NCBI GenBank assembly: GCA_004557565.1
Contig: SFGS01000002.1
Coordinates: 5,796-69,795 of the forward strand
Direction: 5' to 3'
DNA: 64,000 bases
Origin: Bacteroidales bacterium
Lineage (GTDB): Bacteria; Bacteroidota; Bacteroidia; Bacteroidales; Muribaculaceae
The notes beneath the pieces were generated by a model, which was given only the letters and a program-made list of their open reading frames with translations, made no database searches and was not told where the DNA came from. Below, in pieces: positions 1 to 10,503 of the stretch (within the stretch, counting starts at the first letter, position 1; every line of letters begins with the position of its first letter). The translations under genes and the position numbers were made by a program.

Positions 1-608
1 TGATGGCTGGCGTAATGCACGCACCTTTGATGGCGATCTTCCTTACTGCAGAAATGACTGGTGGCTATTCGTTGTTCTTGCCCTTGCTGATTGTGGCAGC
101 CATATCTTATGGCACATCACGTATATTCTCAAACTATAGCATCTACACCAAGCGTTTGGCACTTCAGGGCGAATTGCTCACTCACCAAAAAGACAAAACC
201 GTGCTTACCCTGCTGAAGATGGACAGCGTTATAGAAACAGATTTTATTCCTGTTCACCCCGATATGAGTCTGAAGCAAATGGTAGATGTGATTTCGAAGA
301 GCAAACGTAATCTGTTCCCTGTTACCGACGACGATGGTCAACTGCTTGGTATTGTGCTTCTTGATGACATTCGCAATATTATGTTCCGCCCCGACTTGTA
401 TAGGCGTATGCATGTGAAGCGTTTCATGTCGATGCCCCCAGCAAAGGTGGAACTCGGCACGCCTATGGACCAAGTGATGAAGATGTTCGATAATACAGGC
501 GCATGGAATCTGCCGGTGGTGGAAGAAGGGCGTTATGTGGGATTTGTGTCGAAGTCAAAGATATTTAATTCATATCGTCAGGTGCTGAAGCACTACAGTT
601 ACGATTGA
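1..608 (+). CDS. CLC-family chloride channel/transporter, C-terminal part with tandem CBS domains (5' truncated by window)
   Basis: AGVMHAPLMAIFLTAEMTGGY is the late CLC helix motif and is followed by SIY. Two CBS repeats follow (FPVTDDDGQLLGIV, LPVVEEGRYVGFVS). Confidence 0.9.
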   Translation, partial: MAGVMHAPLMAIFLTAEMTGGYSLFLPLLIVAAISYGTSRIFSNYSIYTKRLALQGELLTHQKDKTVLTLLKMDSVIETDFIPVHPDMSLKQMVDVISKSKRNLFPVTDDDGQLLGIVLLDDIRNIMFRPDLYRRMHVKRFMSMPPAKVELGTPMDQVMKMFDNTGAWNLPVVEEGRYVGFVSKSKIFNSYRQVLKHYSYD

Positions 609-651
609 TGTTGATTGTTTAGTATAAAATAACTTGAGCATATTTTTGAAG

Positions 652-1617
652 ATGGAAAAGAAAGATTTAAAGATAGTGTTTTTCGGAACTCCTGATTTTG
701 CTGTGGAGAGTCTGAAACGCCTTGTGGAAGGTGGATATAACGTGGTGGGTGTTGTCACTATGCCTGACAAGCCAGCAGGTCGTGGTCATCATCTCCTCCA
801 GAGTGATGTGAAGAAATATGCCGTTGAAAATGGTTTGCATTTGATGCAGCCAGTGAAATTGAAAGATGAAGAATTTGTGAACGAACTTCGCAGTTTGAAC
901 GCGGACTTGTTTATTGTCATCGCATTCCGAATGCTTCCTGAAGTGGTGTGGGCCATGCCTCGCCTTGGCACATTCAATCTTCACGCCTCTTTGCTCCCAA
1001 AATATCGTGGCGCAGCGCCAATCAACTGGGCTGTAATGAACGGCGAAACTGAAACTGGTGTAACCACATTCTTCCTGAAACACGAGATTGATACAGGCGA
1101 CGTGATTCAACAAAAATCATTCCCCATTGGCCGTAAAGACAATGTAGAGACAATTCACGACGGACTGATGATGATGGGTGCAGGTATGGTGATTGAAACT
1201 GTTGACGCAATTATTGCTGGCACAGTGAAGCCTATTCCTCAATCGGAAATGCTTACTGCCGGGGAAAAGCCAACTCCTGCGCCAAAAATCTTCAAGGACA
1301 CATGTCGCATTGATTGGAATTGGTGTGCTGAAAAGGTGTATAACCATGTGCGTGGCTTATCGCCATATCCAGCTGCGTGGACTGAGATTGTTGATGCTGC
1401 AGGCAAGGTTTATGCTGTGAAAATATTTGAAACAGGCGAACCTGAAGCACCATCTGCTAACCTTGTGCCTGGCACCCTGACAACTGATGGCAAACGCCTT
1501 TGGGTGGCATGTGCAGATGCGAAAATTGAGATATTATCGCTTCAAATGGCTGGTAAACGCAGGATGCCGACTGCCGACTTCCTTCGTGGCTTTAACATTG
1601 AAGGTTGCCATTGCTGA
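652..1617 (+). CDS. fmt: Methionyl-tRNA formyltransferase
   Basis: KIVFFGTPDFAV N-terminus, NLHASLLPKYRGAAPINWA and IDTG motifs. ATG at 652 is preferred over the TTG at 634. Confidence 0.96.
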   Translation: MEKKDLKIVFFGTPDFAVESLKRLVEGGYNVVGVVTMPDKPAGRGHHLLQSDVKKYAVENGLHLMQPVKLKDEEFVNELRSLNADLFIVIAFRMLPEVVWAMPRLGTFNLHASLLPKYRGAAPINWAVMNGETETGVTTFFLKHEIDTGDVIQQKSFPIGRKDNVETIHDGLMMMGAGMVIETVDAIIAGTVKPIPQSEMLTAGEKPTPAPKIFKDTCRIDWNWCAEKVYNHVRGLSPYPAAWTEIVDAAGKVYAVKIFETGEPEAPSANLVPGTLTTDGKRLWVACADAKIEILSLQMAGKRRMPTADFLRGFNIEGCHC

Positions 1618-1640
1618 TAATTTTCCCAACATGATATATG

Positions 1641-1676
1641 AAAAATCGGTTTTGAGTTTATTGAAACCGTTTTTTT
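1641..1676 (+). terminator. Probable intrinsic terminator after fmt
   Basis: Stem cggttt(1647-1652)/aaaccg(1664-1669) followed by a T7 run. Confidence 0.65.
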
Positions 1677-1742
1677 GCATTTTGGCAATAGTTCTTACTC
1701 GTTTTTGTCTCAACTTATACCTATCATATCGCCATTTTTGAG

Positions 1743-1750
1743 TAATTTTG
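1743..1750 (+). promoter_or_regulatory. Bacteroidetes sigma-A -7 box (TAATTTTG) upstream of the nadE operon
   Basis: Exact TAnnTTTG match 22 nt before the ATG at 1773, just downstream of the fmt terminator. Confidence 0.65.
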
Positions 1751-1772
1751 TAAGTTAATAATTTGGTAAATT

Positions 1773-3746
1773 ATGTACATACAAAATAAGACTGATTATG
1801 GGTATATTAGAGTTGCGTCGGCAGTTCCATCTGTTAATGTTGCCGATGTCGACTTTAATGTGAAAAGTATATTGAGCAGCATTGAGCAAGCCAAGCAGTG
1901 CGATGCGCAGATGTTGGTGCTACCCGAACTTTGTGTTACTGCTTACACTTGTGCAGATCTGTTTGGCAACGAACAGTTGCTCGACGCTGCAGAAGAAGGA
2001 ATTCAGCAAATTCAGCAATCCACTATCAATTCCGATATTGTGGTGTTTATTGGTGCGCCACTTCGCTGTGATGGGCATCTTTATAATTGCGCAGTGTGTA
2101 TTCAGGGTGGCAAGATTCTCGGTGCTGTGCCAAAAACTTATTTACCGAATTATAAAGAATTTTACGAAAAGCGCTGGTTCACGAGTTATAATGTGACCAA
2201 GACTGCAACAGAAATCACTATCAATGGCCAAGTTGTGCCTTTTGGTGCCAACCTCATTTTCAATGCTGGTAAGGTGAAAGTGGGTGTGGATCTTTGTGAA
2301 GATTTATGGGTTCCCATTCCACCAAGTTCGATTTATGCAATCAATGGCGCAAATGTGATTGTGAATTTGTCGGCTTCAAATGAACTTATTGGCAAGCACC
2401 AATATTTGCGTGATTTGATCAAGCACCAATCCGACAGTTGCACCACTGCATATATTTATTCATCGGCTGGTTTTGGCGAATCTTCTACCGATTTAGTGTT
2501 TGCCGGCAATGCCATTATTGCTGAAAACGGATCTATTCTCAGTGAATGTAAGCGTTTTGAACTCGATCCACAAATCACTTTTGCGGATGTGGATATTGAG
2601 GCGTTGAATAATGAGCGTCGCATCAATGGCAGTTATAACGACAACATGCTACAGTTCAGTCGTCCAATGCGCCTTATTCCGCTCACATGGCCCAAAACGC
2701 TCAATTACGACGAAACACCACTTTCCCGAATGCTCAAAACACTCCCTTTTGTGCCTTACGAAGACCATCGCAATTCACGATGCGAAGAGATTGTCAATAT
2801 TCAAACAGAGGGTTTGATGCGTCGCCTTCAATTCACGCATATCAATAGTTTGGTGGTGGGCATCTCTGGTGGTTTGGACTCCACTTTGGCACTCCTTGTG
2901 GCTGTCAGGGCTTTCGACCGACTGGGCTACGACCGAAAGAAAATTTACGGCGTGACAATGCCGGGCTTCGGCACTACAGGCAGAACATATAACAATGCCC
3001 TTGCAATGATGAATGCTTTGGGTGTGACTGTGAAGGAAATTCCAATCGCTGATGCTGTGAAGCAGCATTTCAAAGATATTCAGCATGATATTTGTGTTCA
3101 CGATGTCACTTACGAAAATGGTCAAGCACGCGAAAGAACGCAGATATTGATGGATTTGTCGAACAAATTCAATGCGTTGGTGCTCGGTACAGGCGACCTT
3201 TCAGAGTTGGCATTGGGCTGGGCTACCTATAATGGCGATCACATGTCGATGTACAATGTGAATGCAAGTATTCCTAAAACTCTCGCAAAGCACCTCGTGA
3301 TGTGGTTTGCAACATCTGTGGGCACTTCAACTCCTCAGGGTGTTTTGATTCATGAAACATTGCTTGATGTGCTCAACACGCCTATTAGCCCCGAACTCAC
3401 ACCGGCAGCATCAGATGGCGAAATCCAGCAAAAAACAGAAAATCTGATTGGTCCTTACGAACTGCATGATTTCTTTCTGTATTATATGTTGCGTTATGGC
3501 TATACTCCACGTAAGATTTTCATGCTTGCCAAGACTGCTTTTGGTGATGAATACGACAATAAAACGGTGAAGAAATGGCTCACAAAGTTTATGTGGCGAT
3601 TCTTCTCACAACAATTTAAGCGTTCATGTCTTCCTGATGGACCAAAAGTGGGTACTGTTAGCCTTTCGCCTCGTGGCGATTGGAGAATGCCAAGCGACGC
3701 CGCTTCTGCTATTTGGATCAAGGAATGTGAAACATTGCCAGAATAA
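1773..3746 (+). CDS. nadE: Glutamine-dependent NAD+ synthetase
   Basis: N-terminal nitrilase-fold glutaminase (LPEL, PKTYLPNYKEFYEKRWF, LCEDLW) fused to an NAD synthase domain (GISGGLDST, ENGQARER, GTGDLSE, SQQFKR). Confidence 0.96.
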   Translation: MYIQNKTDYGYIRVASAVPSVNVADVDFNVKSILSSIEQAKQCDAQMLVLPELCVTAYTCADLFGNEQLLDAAEEGIQQIQQSTINSDIVVFIGAPLRCDGHLYNCAVCIQGGKILGAVPKTYLPNYKEFYEKRWFTSYNVTKTATEITINGQVVPFGANLIFNAGKVKVGVDLCEDLWVPIPPSSIYAINGANVIVNLSASNELIGKHQYLRDLIKHQSDSCTTAYIYSSAGFGESSTDLVFAGNAIIAENGSILSECKRFELDPQITFADVDIEALNNERRINGSYNDNMLQFSRPMRLIPLTWPKTLNYDETPLSRMLKTLPFVPYEDHRNSRCEEIVNIQTEGLMRRLQFTHINSLVVGISGGLDSTLALLVAVRAFDRLGYDRKKIYGVTMPGFGTTGRTYNNALAMMNALGVTVKEIPIADAVKQHFKDIQHDICVHDVTYENGQARERTQILMDLSNKFNALVLGTGDLSELALGWATYNGDHMSMYNVNASIPKTLAKHLVMWFATSVGTSTPQGVLIHETLLDVLNTPISPELTPAASDGEIQQKTENLIGPYELHDFFLYYMLRYGYTPRKIFMLAKTAFGDEYDNKTVKKWLTKFMWRFFSQQFKRSCLPDGPKVGTVSLSPRGDWRMPSDAASAIWIKECETLPE

Positions 3747-3759
3747 CTGACTATAAAAA

Positions 3760-6700
3760 ATGCGTCCAGTCATTAGACACACATATAACGTGGTGCGTAG
3801 TATCATCGTCTTCTTCCTGGTGACGGTGGTTACGCTCTATGCGTTGTTATATATCTTGCTGTGCATCCCTTCCATTCAGCAAAAGATTAAAGCAGAGGGG
3901 GAGAAGGAATTGAGCAAGTTCTTGAAAACCAATGTTCAAATTGGTGAACTCTCCATCAAACCTTTCAATCAAGTTGTGCTTTATGATGTGGTTATTCCAG
4001 ACCAAAAGGGAGGTGACTTAATTCAAATTGATGTGCTTGGCGCAGGTTTGAATATGCAGAAACTGCTTGCCGATAAACGAATAGAGGTGAATTATGCAGA
4101 ACTGCTTGGACTTCATGGCCATATCACAAAGGCAGACAAGGATAGTCCTACAAATCTTCAATTCATTATCGATGCTTTCAAGCCAAAGAAAAAGAAGGAA
4201 CCAACCAAGTTTGATTTGGCAATACGCAACATTGTGATTCGCAATACCGACCTGCGTTACGACTTGCTGAGTGAACCGAGAAAACAGAACAAATTTGATG
4301 CGAACCATGTTGGTATCATCAACCTTTGTGCTGATGTGGATATTCCACGACTTAAAAACGATGATTTTTTGATTGATGTTAAAAGATTGTCGTTTGGTGA
4401 AACTTCGGGCTTTGTGGTGAAACAGATTTCCACAAAATTGGCGATTACTGCCCATAGCACTGTGATTTCTGATTTAAAAGTGGAATTGCCACATACAGAT
4501 TTGGCGTTAAATCAGCAAGTGTTCACTTACGATTCATTGAAGCATATCGGTAATGCTGTGAAAACGGCTCCATTGAATATTTCACTGAAGAATGCAAAGA
4601 TTAATTTGATTGACTTCAAGGCGTTTGTGCCAGCATTCTCTCATTTCGACGAGGATTTCAAATTGTCGTGCAGAATTAATGGCGATTTGGATAATCTTAA
4701 AGTTTCGCAGTTCAAACTCAATAACAATAGCAGAGACTTGAGCCTCGATATTAATGGCGTGGTTACCAATCTTAAAGACAAGGACAAACTATCGTTTAAT
4801 GTGCCTCGTGTGAAATTGAGTGTCACGGGAAAAGAAATCAACAAGATTACTAACTATTTGGTGAAACTTAAGCCAAATGTGAATAGCATTATCAATAATC
4901 TTGGTGATTTCAAACTCGACGCTGCTGTATCGGGTAGCGTTAAGCACATCAATTTTAATGGCAAATTCAGTTCTGCTGTTGGCGATATGGTTTTGAAAAC
5001 CACACTCAACATGTCGAATGATAAGTTTGACATCGATGCAGATTTTAACACGCCTCAATTTAATGTTGGTAAACTGATTTCAAAGAGCGATTTGATTGGC
5101 TCGTTGTCTGCTGACGCGCATGTGAGGGCAAGAATCCACAAGAAAAAGCTTGAGGATTTAGCCGTGAAGGGCGATATTAAATACATTGATTTCAAAGGTT
5201 ACCGTTTCCAGAATATAGTGTCGGATATCGTGGGCGGTGCCAACAATTTCAAAGGCACTTTATCGGTTAACGACCCTAATGGCATGATTCATGCCACAGG
5301 CAATGTGCTGCTTAGTGGAGCGAAGTCAAAGTTTGAGGTTGATATGTCGGCTGCCAATGTGAATCTGGCAAAAATGAAGTTGTATAATGGCAATTTGAGT
5401 GAATTTTCATTTAACCTGCACGCTTCCATTGATGGTAACTCGCTCGACAATATCAATGGTTTTGCCACTTTAGACAACATTTCACTTACTGATGCTAAGG
5501 GAAAGTCGATGTCGTTTAACTCTATTTCGTTAACAGCCGACAACGTGTCGAGTCCGCAAGTGGTGCGATTTGATTCCGATATTGTGAATGGCCAACTTTA
5601 CGGTAAATTCGACTTCAAGACACTGGTTCCAGCCTTTAAGAATTTGATTTCGCAGGTTCTTCCAAATCTTGTGGATCCAAACACGGTGAAACCTTTGAAA
5701 AAATCGAACGACGACTTCAAATTTAATCTCACTGTTCATCCGAGTGAGAAACTTGAGGAACTTTTGAAGTTGCCAGTGAAATTGCTCTATAAAGCAACTG
5801 TTGATGGTAATGTGAATATGAGCGAAAAGGATATTTTCGTGAATGTGAGCATTCCCTATATTCAGCAGGGCAAAAAACTGATTGAAGGAACGTCGCTTAC
5901 TGCATATTACGACAGCACTTCAAATGCTTTCGTGACTAATGTGAAGACGCTATTTCCTTCAAAGGACAGTAAAATTGCTATTGACTTAAACGCTTTGGCT
6001 GCAAACGGACGCATCGACACGGATTTAGGTTGGAAATTCAACCGTGATAGAGATTTCCACGGCAATATTTTAACATCGGTGGTGTTGTCGAAAAACGAAG
6101 ATAAGTCGATAGCCGTACATACCGACATCAATCCCTCGCAAGTGGTGGTGAACGATACGGTTTGGTATGTGAAGCAAGGCGCATTTGATTATACAAATGG
6201 CACTGTGACCATCGATGGCATTCATGTATTCAGGGAAGGGCAGTTTATCGACATTGAAGGTGCTGCTTCAAAAAATCCTGACGATGAAGTGAAACTGGAA
6301 CTCAAAAACATCGACCTTGATTATATTTTTGAAACGCTGCATATCAATAATGTGGATTTTGGTGGTAAAGCCACTGGCGTGTTTTATGCAAGTGAAGTTT
6401 TTACTAAGTCACCAAAACTGCTGACACCTAATCTGCATGTCGATAATTTGCGTTACAACAAGGCAGATATGGGTGATGCTGATATTGAGAGCCATTGGAA
6501 CAACGAGGATAAGGGCATAGCAATTAATGCAACCTTGTCGCAAAAGAATGGCCATCAATCATTCATCAACGGAGCCATTTTCCCGATGGCAGATTCGCTG
6601 TATCTTGACTTCAATGTGACTAAGGCAAATGTGAAATTTATGAAGCCGTTTATGTCGGCGTTCACGAGTGATATTGATGGATACGCATCTGGTCATGCCG

Positions 6701-8316
6701 TGCTGTTTGGTAATTTCAAGACCATTGACTTGTATGGCGACATTTATGCAGAGGATTTGAAATTGAAATTGGATTTCTCTAATGTATATTACTACTGTAC
6801 TGACTCAATTCACATGACGCCTGGCTTGATTCAATTTAGCGATGTGAAAATCAAAGACAGAGACGGACACAGTGGCAAACTTTCTGGTTGGGTAAAGCAT
6901 GAACAATTCCATAATGCGTCGTTCAACTTTGTTGTGACCGATGCAAAAGACTTGCTATGCTACGATACCAATGCCTCAAACAATCCTATTTGGTATGGCA
7001 CTATTTACGGCAATGGCTCCGCATTTGTGGAGGGTGAACCGGGATTTGTCAATATTAAAGTAAATATGGAGTCGGCACCACGAAGCAAATTCACATTTGT
7101 GATGTCGGATAATCAGGTGGCTAATGAGTATAAATTCATTACCTATCGTGACAGGAACGAACTTTATGGACCAAAAGATACGGTTCCCGAAATCGACACT
7201 ATTCCCGAAATTGTGAAGCAGTTCACTCAAAAAATCAAGAAAGCAGATTCGTCCGATCCAACAAAATATCTGATTGACTTACAAGGCGACATCACGCCAG
7301 ATTTGCAAATGTATTTGGTGATGGACCCTGTGGGTGGTGATAAGATTAAAGCCACTGGTAGGGGCAATTTGCAAATGAAGTACGACAACACGGATGAGAA
7401 GTTGGAAATGTATGGCAAATATTCTTTGGAAAAAGGCACCTACAACTTCACACTTCAAGATATCATTGTAAAAGATTTTACGATTAAGGACGGTAGTACG
7501 ATTTCATTCCAAGGCGACCCTTATAATGCTACGCTCGATATTCAAGCCATCTATTCGCTGAATGCCAACATTCGCGACCTTGATGAGAGTTTTGCTGATG
7601 ATAGGGAATTGAATCGAACCAGTGTGCCTGTTCATGCGCTGCTGAAAGCAAATGGCGTGATTACTCACCCCGACATCTCATTCGACTTGGAATTCCCAAC
7701 GCTTACTTCTGAGGCGTATAGAAAAATCAAGAGTATTGTCAGCACCGACGATATGATGAACCGACAAATCATATATCTGCTTGCGCTGAATAGATTCTAT
7801 ACCCCTGAGTATATGAATGGCACAAATAAGAACAATGAATGGACTTCAATTGCGTCGTCCACCATTTCTTCACAGTTGAGCAGTTTGTTGGGGCAGTTGA
7901 ATGAAAATTGGACTATCGCACCTAATTTCCGCACTAACAAGGGCGACTTCACCGACACGGAATTTGACTTGGCGTTGTCGAGCCAGTTGTTGAACAACCG
8001 ATTGCGCTTTAATGGTAATTTCGGTTATCGCGACAATACCTATAACACTAAAAACTCCAACTTCATTGGTGATTTCGACTTGGAATATCTCTTGAACGCA
8101 AAGGGTTCATGGTTGCTTAAAGCATATAATCACTTCAACGACCAAAACCTCTATTCAAGAAATGCGATGACCACACAAGGGGTGGGTATTGTGTTCAAGC
8201 ACGACTTTGATAACTTGTTTGATTTCCTACATAGGAAGAAACAAAAAAGAAACTTACAACGGGATTCGGTGTCGGCAAAACCCATTGTCGGTTCTGATTC
8301 TGTGACTGTGAAATGA
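3760..8316 (+). CDS. tamB: TamB/AsmA-like translocation and assembly module protein (C-terminal DUF490-type domain)
   Basis: 1518 aa with an N-terminal TM anchor and a long amphipathic beta-strand body. The C-terminus has GSTISFQGDPYNATLDIQAIY, LLNNRLRFNGNFGY and TTQGVGIVF, typical of Bacteroidetes TamB. Confidence 0.85.
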   Translation: MRPVIRHTYNVVRSIIVFFLVTVVTLYALLYILLCIPSIQQKIKAEGEKELSKFLKTNVQIGELSIKPFNQVVLYDVVIPDQKGGDLIQIDVLGAGLNMQKLLADKRIEVNYAELLGLHGHITKADKDSPTNLQFIIDAFKPKKKKEPTKFDLAIRNIVIRNTDLRYDLLSEPRKQNKFDANHVGIINLCADVDIPRLKNDDFLIDVKRLSFGETSGFVVKQISTKLAITAHSTVISDLKVELPHTDLALNQQVFTYDSLKHIGNAVKTAPLNISLKNAKINLIDFKAFVPAFSHFDEDFKLSCRINGDLDNLKVSQFKLNNNSRDLSLDINGVVTNLKDKDKLSFNVPRVKLSVTGKEINKITNYLVKLKPNVNSIINNLGDFKLDAAVSGSVKHINFNGKFSSAVGDMVLKTTLNMSNDKFDIDADFNTPQFNVGKLISKSDLIGSLSADAHVRARIHKKKLEDLAVKGDIKYIDFKGYRFQNIVSDIVGGANNFKGTLSVNDPNGMIHATGNVLLSGAKSKFEVDMSAANVNLAKMKLYNGNLSEFSFNLHASIDGNSLDNINGFATLDNISLTDAKGKSMSFNSISLTADNVSSPQVVRFDSDIVNGQLYGKFDFKTLVPAFKNLISQVLPNLVDPNTVKPLKKSNDDFKFNLTVHPSEKLEELLKLPVKLLYKATVDGNVNMSEKDIFVNVSIPYIQQGKKLIEGTSLTAYYDSTSNAFVTNVKTLFPSKDSKIAIDLNALAANGRIDTDLGWKFNRDRDFHGNILTSVVLSKNEDKSIAVHTDINPSQVVVNDTVWYVKQGAFDYTNGTVTIDGIHVFREGQFIDIEGAASKNPDDEVKLELKNIDLDYIFETLHINNVDFGGKATGVFYASEVFTKSPKLLTPNLHVDNLRYNKADMGDADIESHWNNEDKGIAINATLSQKNGHQSFINGAIFPMADSLYLDFNVTKANVKFMKPFMSAFTSDIDGYASGHAVLFGNFKTIDLYGDIYAEDLKLKLDFSNVYYYCTDSIHMTPGLIQFSDVKIKDRDGHSGKLSGWVKHEQFHNASFNFVVTDAKDLLCYDTNASNNPIWYGTIYGNGSAFVEGEPGFVNIKVNMESAPRSKFTFVMSDNQVANEYKFITYRDRNELYGPKDTVPEIDTIPEIVKQFTQKIKKADSSDPTKYLIDLQGDITPDLQMYLVMDPVGGDKIKATGRGNLQMKYDNTDEKLEMYGKYSLEKGTYNFTLQDIIVKDFTIKDGSTISFQGDPYNATLDIQAIYSLNANIRDLDESFADDRELNRTSVPVHALLKANGVITHPDISFDLEFPTLTSEAYRKIKSIVSTDDMMNRQIIYLLALNRFYTPEYMNGTNKNNEWTSIASSTISSQLSSLLGQLNENWTIAPNFRTNKGDFTDTEFDLALSSQLLNNRLRFNGNFGYRDNTYNTKNSNFIGDFDLEYLLNAKGSWLLKAYNHFNDQNLYSRNAMTTQGVGIVFKHDFDNLFDFLHRKKQKRNLQRDSVSAKPIVGSDSVTVK

Positions 8317-9458
8317 TTCGTAGGTATTTTGTCATATTGATTATGCTGCTAAGTTTTGGTTCCACTTTTCTTAAAGCAGAGCCAAGAATTAATCTAAAGA
8401 ATAAGATTCAGCAGATTAAACTGAAAATGGCTGAGCCCTTCGACACAACTCGCGACAGCACCTATTGGAAACGCGCTTTACAGCATGGAAAAGTTGATAT
8501 GAACGACACCACTATCATTTATCCATCGTTTCTTGATTTTTGCGTGAAGGTGTATCGTTGGGGTGACCATACATTTAACGGCTACGACTCCACCTATGTG
8601 GTGAGCACAGGCAAGAACTGGAAATTGATGCTCAAAAACAACAACTGGCTAAGTTCGTGCATCGGCCATATTTCGGAAGAAAGAATGCCTGTGGGCATGT
8701 ATTCTAATATGACCTCGTCGTTTGGTGCCCAATTGTCGTTTATGGCTGTGAGTGTGAGTTATATGATGAACATCAACGACTTGATTTCGGGTAATAAGGT
8801 GAAGAATAAAAAGTTTGATTTTTCATTCACATGCTCCCGACTCTATTTAAGTCTCTACAACTATAAGGGTGATTACCCATACTATATTCATAGATTTGGT
8901 GATATCCCTCATCAAGACATTAGAGGCTATAAATTCAAGGGAGTGTCAAGCACATTAAAAGGTACGAATTTATACTATATATTCAACAACAGGCATTATT
9001 CCCAAGCGGCGGCATATTGTTTCTCGAAATATCAACGAAAAAGTTCGGGCTCATTTATTGCAGGGATTCATATTTTCAACGAAGATGTGACCATGAACTT
9101 TAACGACTTGAGAGCGCATTTCCCCAACGAAAAAATATGTGATGATTTGTCATATAAATATAAAGGTTATAGCGCACTTTTCGGATATGGCTACAACTGG
9201 GTGTTAGGTCGAAATTGGCTCTTCAACATCACAGCCGTGCCGGGGTTTGGCTATCGCCGTTCAACACCGGGTTCGCCTGATGGTGAATTTGATTTCTGGT
9301 CGTGCGATTATCGTGCGAAAATGGGATTGGTGCTGAATAGGAAAAGGTTTTTTTATGGGTTGCATCTTTTCACAGAGGGGCATTGGTATTTAACTAAGCA
9401 CAATAGCGTGTTTAATGCCAACCACGACTTGAATGCAATCGTAGGTTTTAGATTTTAA
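8313..9458 (+). CDS. DUF4421-like putative outer-membrane beta-barrel protein
   Basis: Signal peptide, YSQAAAYCFSKYQRKSSGSF motif, aromatic-rich alternating strands and C-terminal Phe (VGFRF). ATGA overlap with tamB. Confidence 0.7.
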   Translation: MIRRYFVILIMLLSFGSTFLKAEPRINLKNKIQQIKLKMAEPFDTTRDSTYWKRALQHGKVDMNDTTIIYPSFLDFCVKVYRWGDHTFNGYDSTYVVSTGKNWKLMLKNNNWLSSCIGHISEERMPVGMYSNMTSSFGAQLSFMAVSVSYMMNINDLISGNKVKNKKFDFSFTCSRLYLSLYNYKGDYPYYIHRFGDIPHQDIRGYKFKGVSSTLKGTNLYYIFNNRHYSQAAAYCFSKYQRKSSGSFIAGIHIFNEDVTMNFNDLRAHFPNEKICDDLSYKYKGYSALFGYGYNWVLGRNWLFNITAVPGFGYRRSTPGSPDGEFDFWSCDYRAKMGLVLNRKRFFYGLHLFTEGHWYLTKHNSVFNANHDLNAIVGFRF

Positions 9459-9472
9459 ATTTTCAAAAAGAT

Positions 9473-10489
9473 ATGAGTACAATTATTCTTGGAATTGAAT
9501 CATCTTGTGACGACACTTCTGCTGCAATCATCGTTGATGGCGTATTGAAATCAAATGTGATTGCCAGTCAGAAAGTTCATGAAAATTATGGTGGAGTGGT
9601 TCCTGAATTGGCTTCACGCGCACACCAGCAAAACATTGTGCCAGTGGTGAGCGAAGCCATTCGCCAAGCGGGAATTAATAAATCCGACATCAATGCCATA
9701 GCGTTCACTCGCGGACCAGGCTTGCCAGGCTCGCTCCATGTGGGCACATCGTTCTCTAAAGGATTGGCATTGGGCTTAGATATTCCATTGGTGGATGTGA
9801 ACCACTTGCACGGCCATGTGCTTTCGCATTTTATTAAAGACGACGAAAACACCGAGGTGCCAGAGTTTCCATTCCTTTGTTTGCTGATTTCGGGTGGCAA
9901 TTCACAAATTGTGAAGGTTACGTCTTATTCAGAAATGGAGATTTTGGGCCAAACCATCGATGATGCCGCTGGTGAGGCTTTCGACAAGTGCGCAAAGTCT
10001 ATGGGCTTGCCTTATCCGGGCGGTCCTATCATTGATAGAATGGCTCACGAAGGCGATGCCGCTAAATTCAAATTTTCAAAGCCACACATACCTGGCTATA
10101 ACTACAGTTTCAGTGGTTTGAAAACCTCGTTCCTCTACACCCTCCGTGATGAAATGAAGGTGAACCCCAACTTTATCGAGGAAAACAAGAACGACTTGGC
10201 TGCTTCGCTTCAAAAGACCATCATCGATACTTTGATGGATAAATTCTCGAAAGCGATTAAGGACACTGGCATTAAAACCATCGCCATTGCAGGTGGTGTT
10301 TCGGCAAACTCAGGTATTCGCGATGCCGTTCAGGAGTACGCTGACCGACGCCATATCAAGGCGTTTATTCCTAAGCGCTCTTATACCACCGACAATGCTG
10401 CAATGATTGCCGTGGCTGGTTATTATAAATATTTGGATAAGAAGTTCTGTGATATTACAGAACCTCCTTTTGCAAGAGTAACAATCTAA
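9473..10489 (+). CDS. tsaD: tRNA N6-threonylcarbamoyltransferase TsaD
   Basis: ILGIESSCDDT, GGVVPELASRAH, HLHGH, TIDDAAGEAFDK, FSFSGLKT-type motif (YSFSGLKT) and TDNAAMI. Confidence 0.97.
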   Translation: MSTIILGIESSCDDTSAAIIVDGVLKSNVIASQKVHENYGGVVPELASRAHQQNIVPVVSEAIRQAGINKSDINAIAFTRGPGLPGSLHVGTSFSKGLALGLDIPLVDVNHLHGHVLSHFIKDDENTEVPEFPFLCLLISGGNSQIVKVTSYSEMEILGQTIDDAAGEAFDKCAKSMGLPYPGGPIIDRMAHEGDAAKFKFSKPHIPGYNYSFSGLKTSFLYTLRDEMKVNPNFIEENKNDLAASLQKTIIDTLMDKFSKAIKDTGIKTIAIAGGVSANSGIRDAVQEYADRRHIKAFIPKRSYTTDNAAMIAVAGYYKYLDKKFCDITEPPFARVTI

Positions 10490-10503
10490 AAAGATTCAGC
10501 AAA

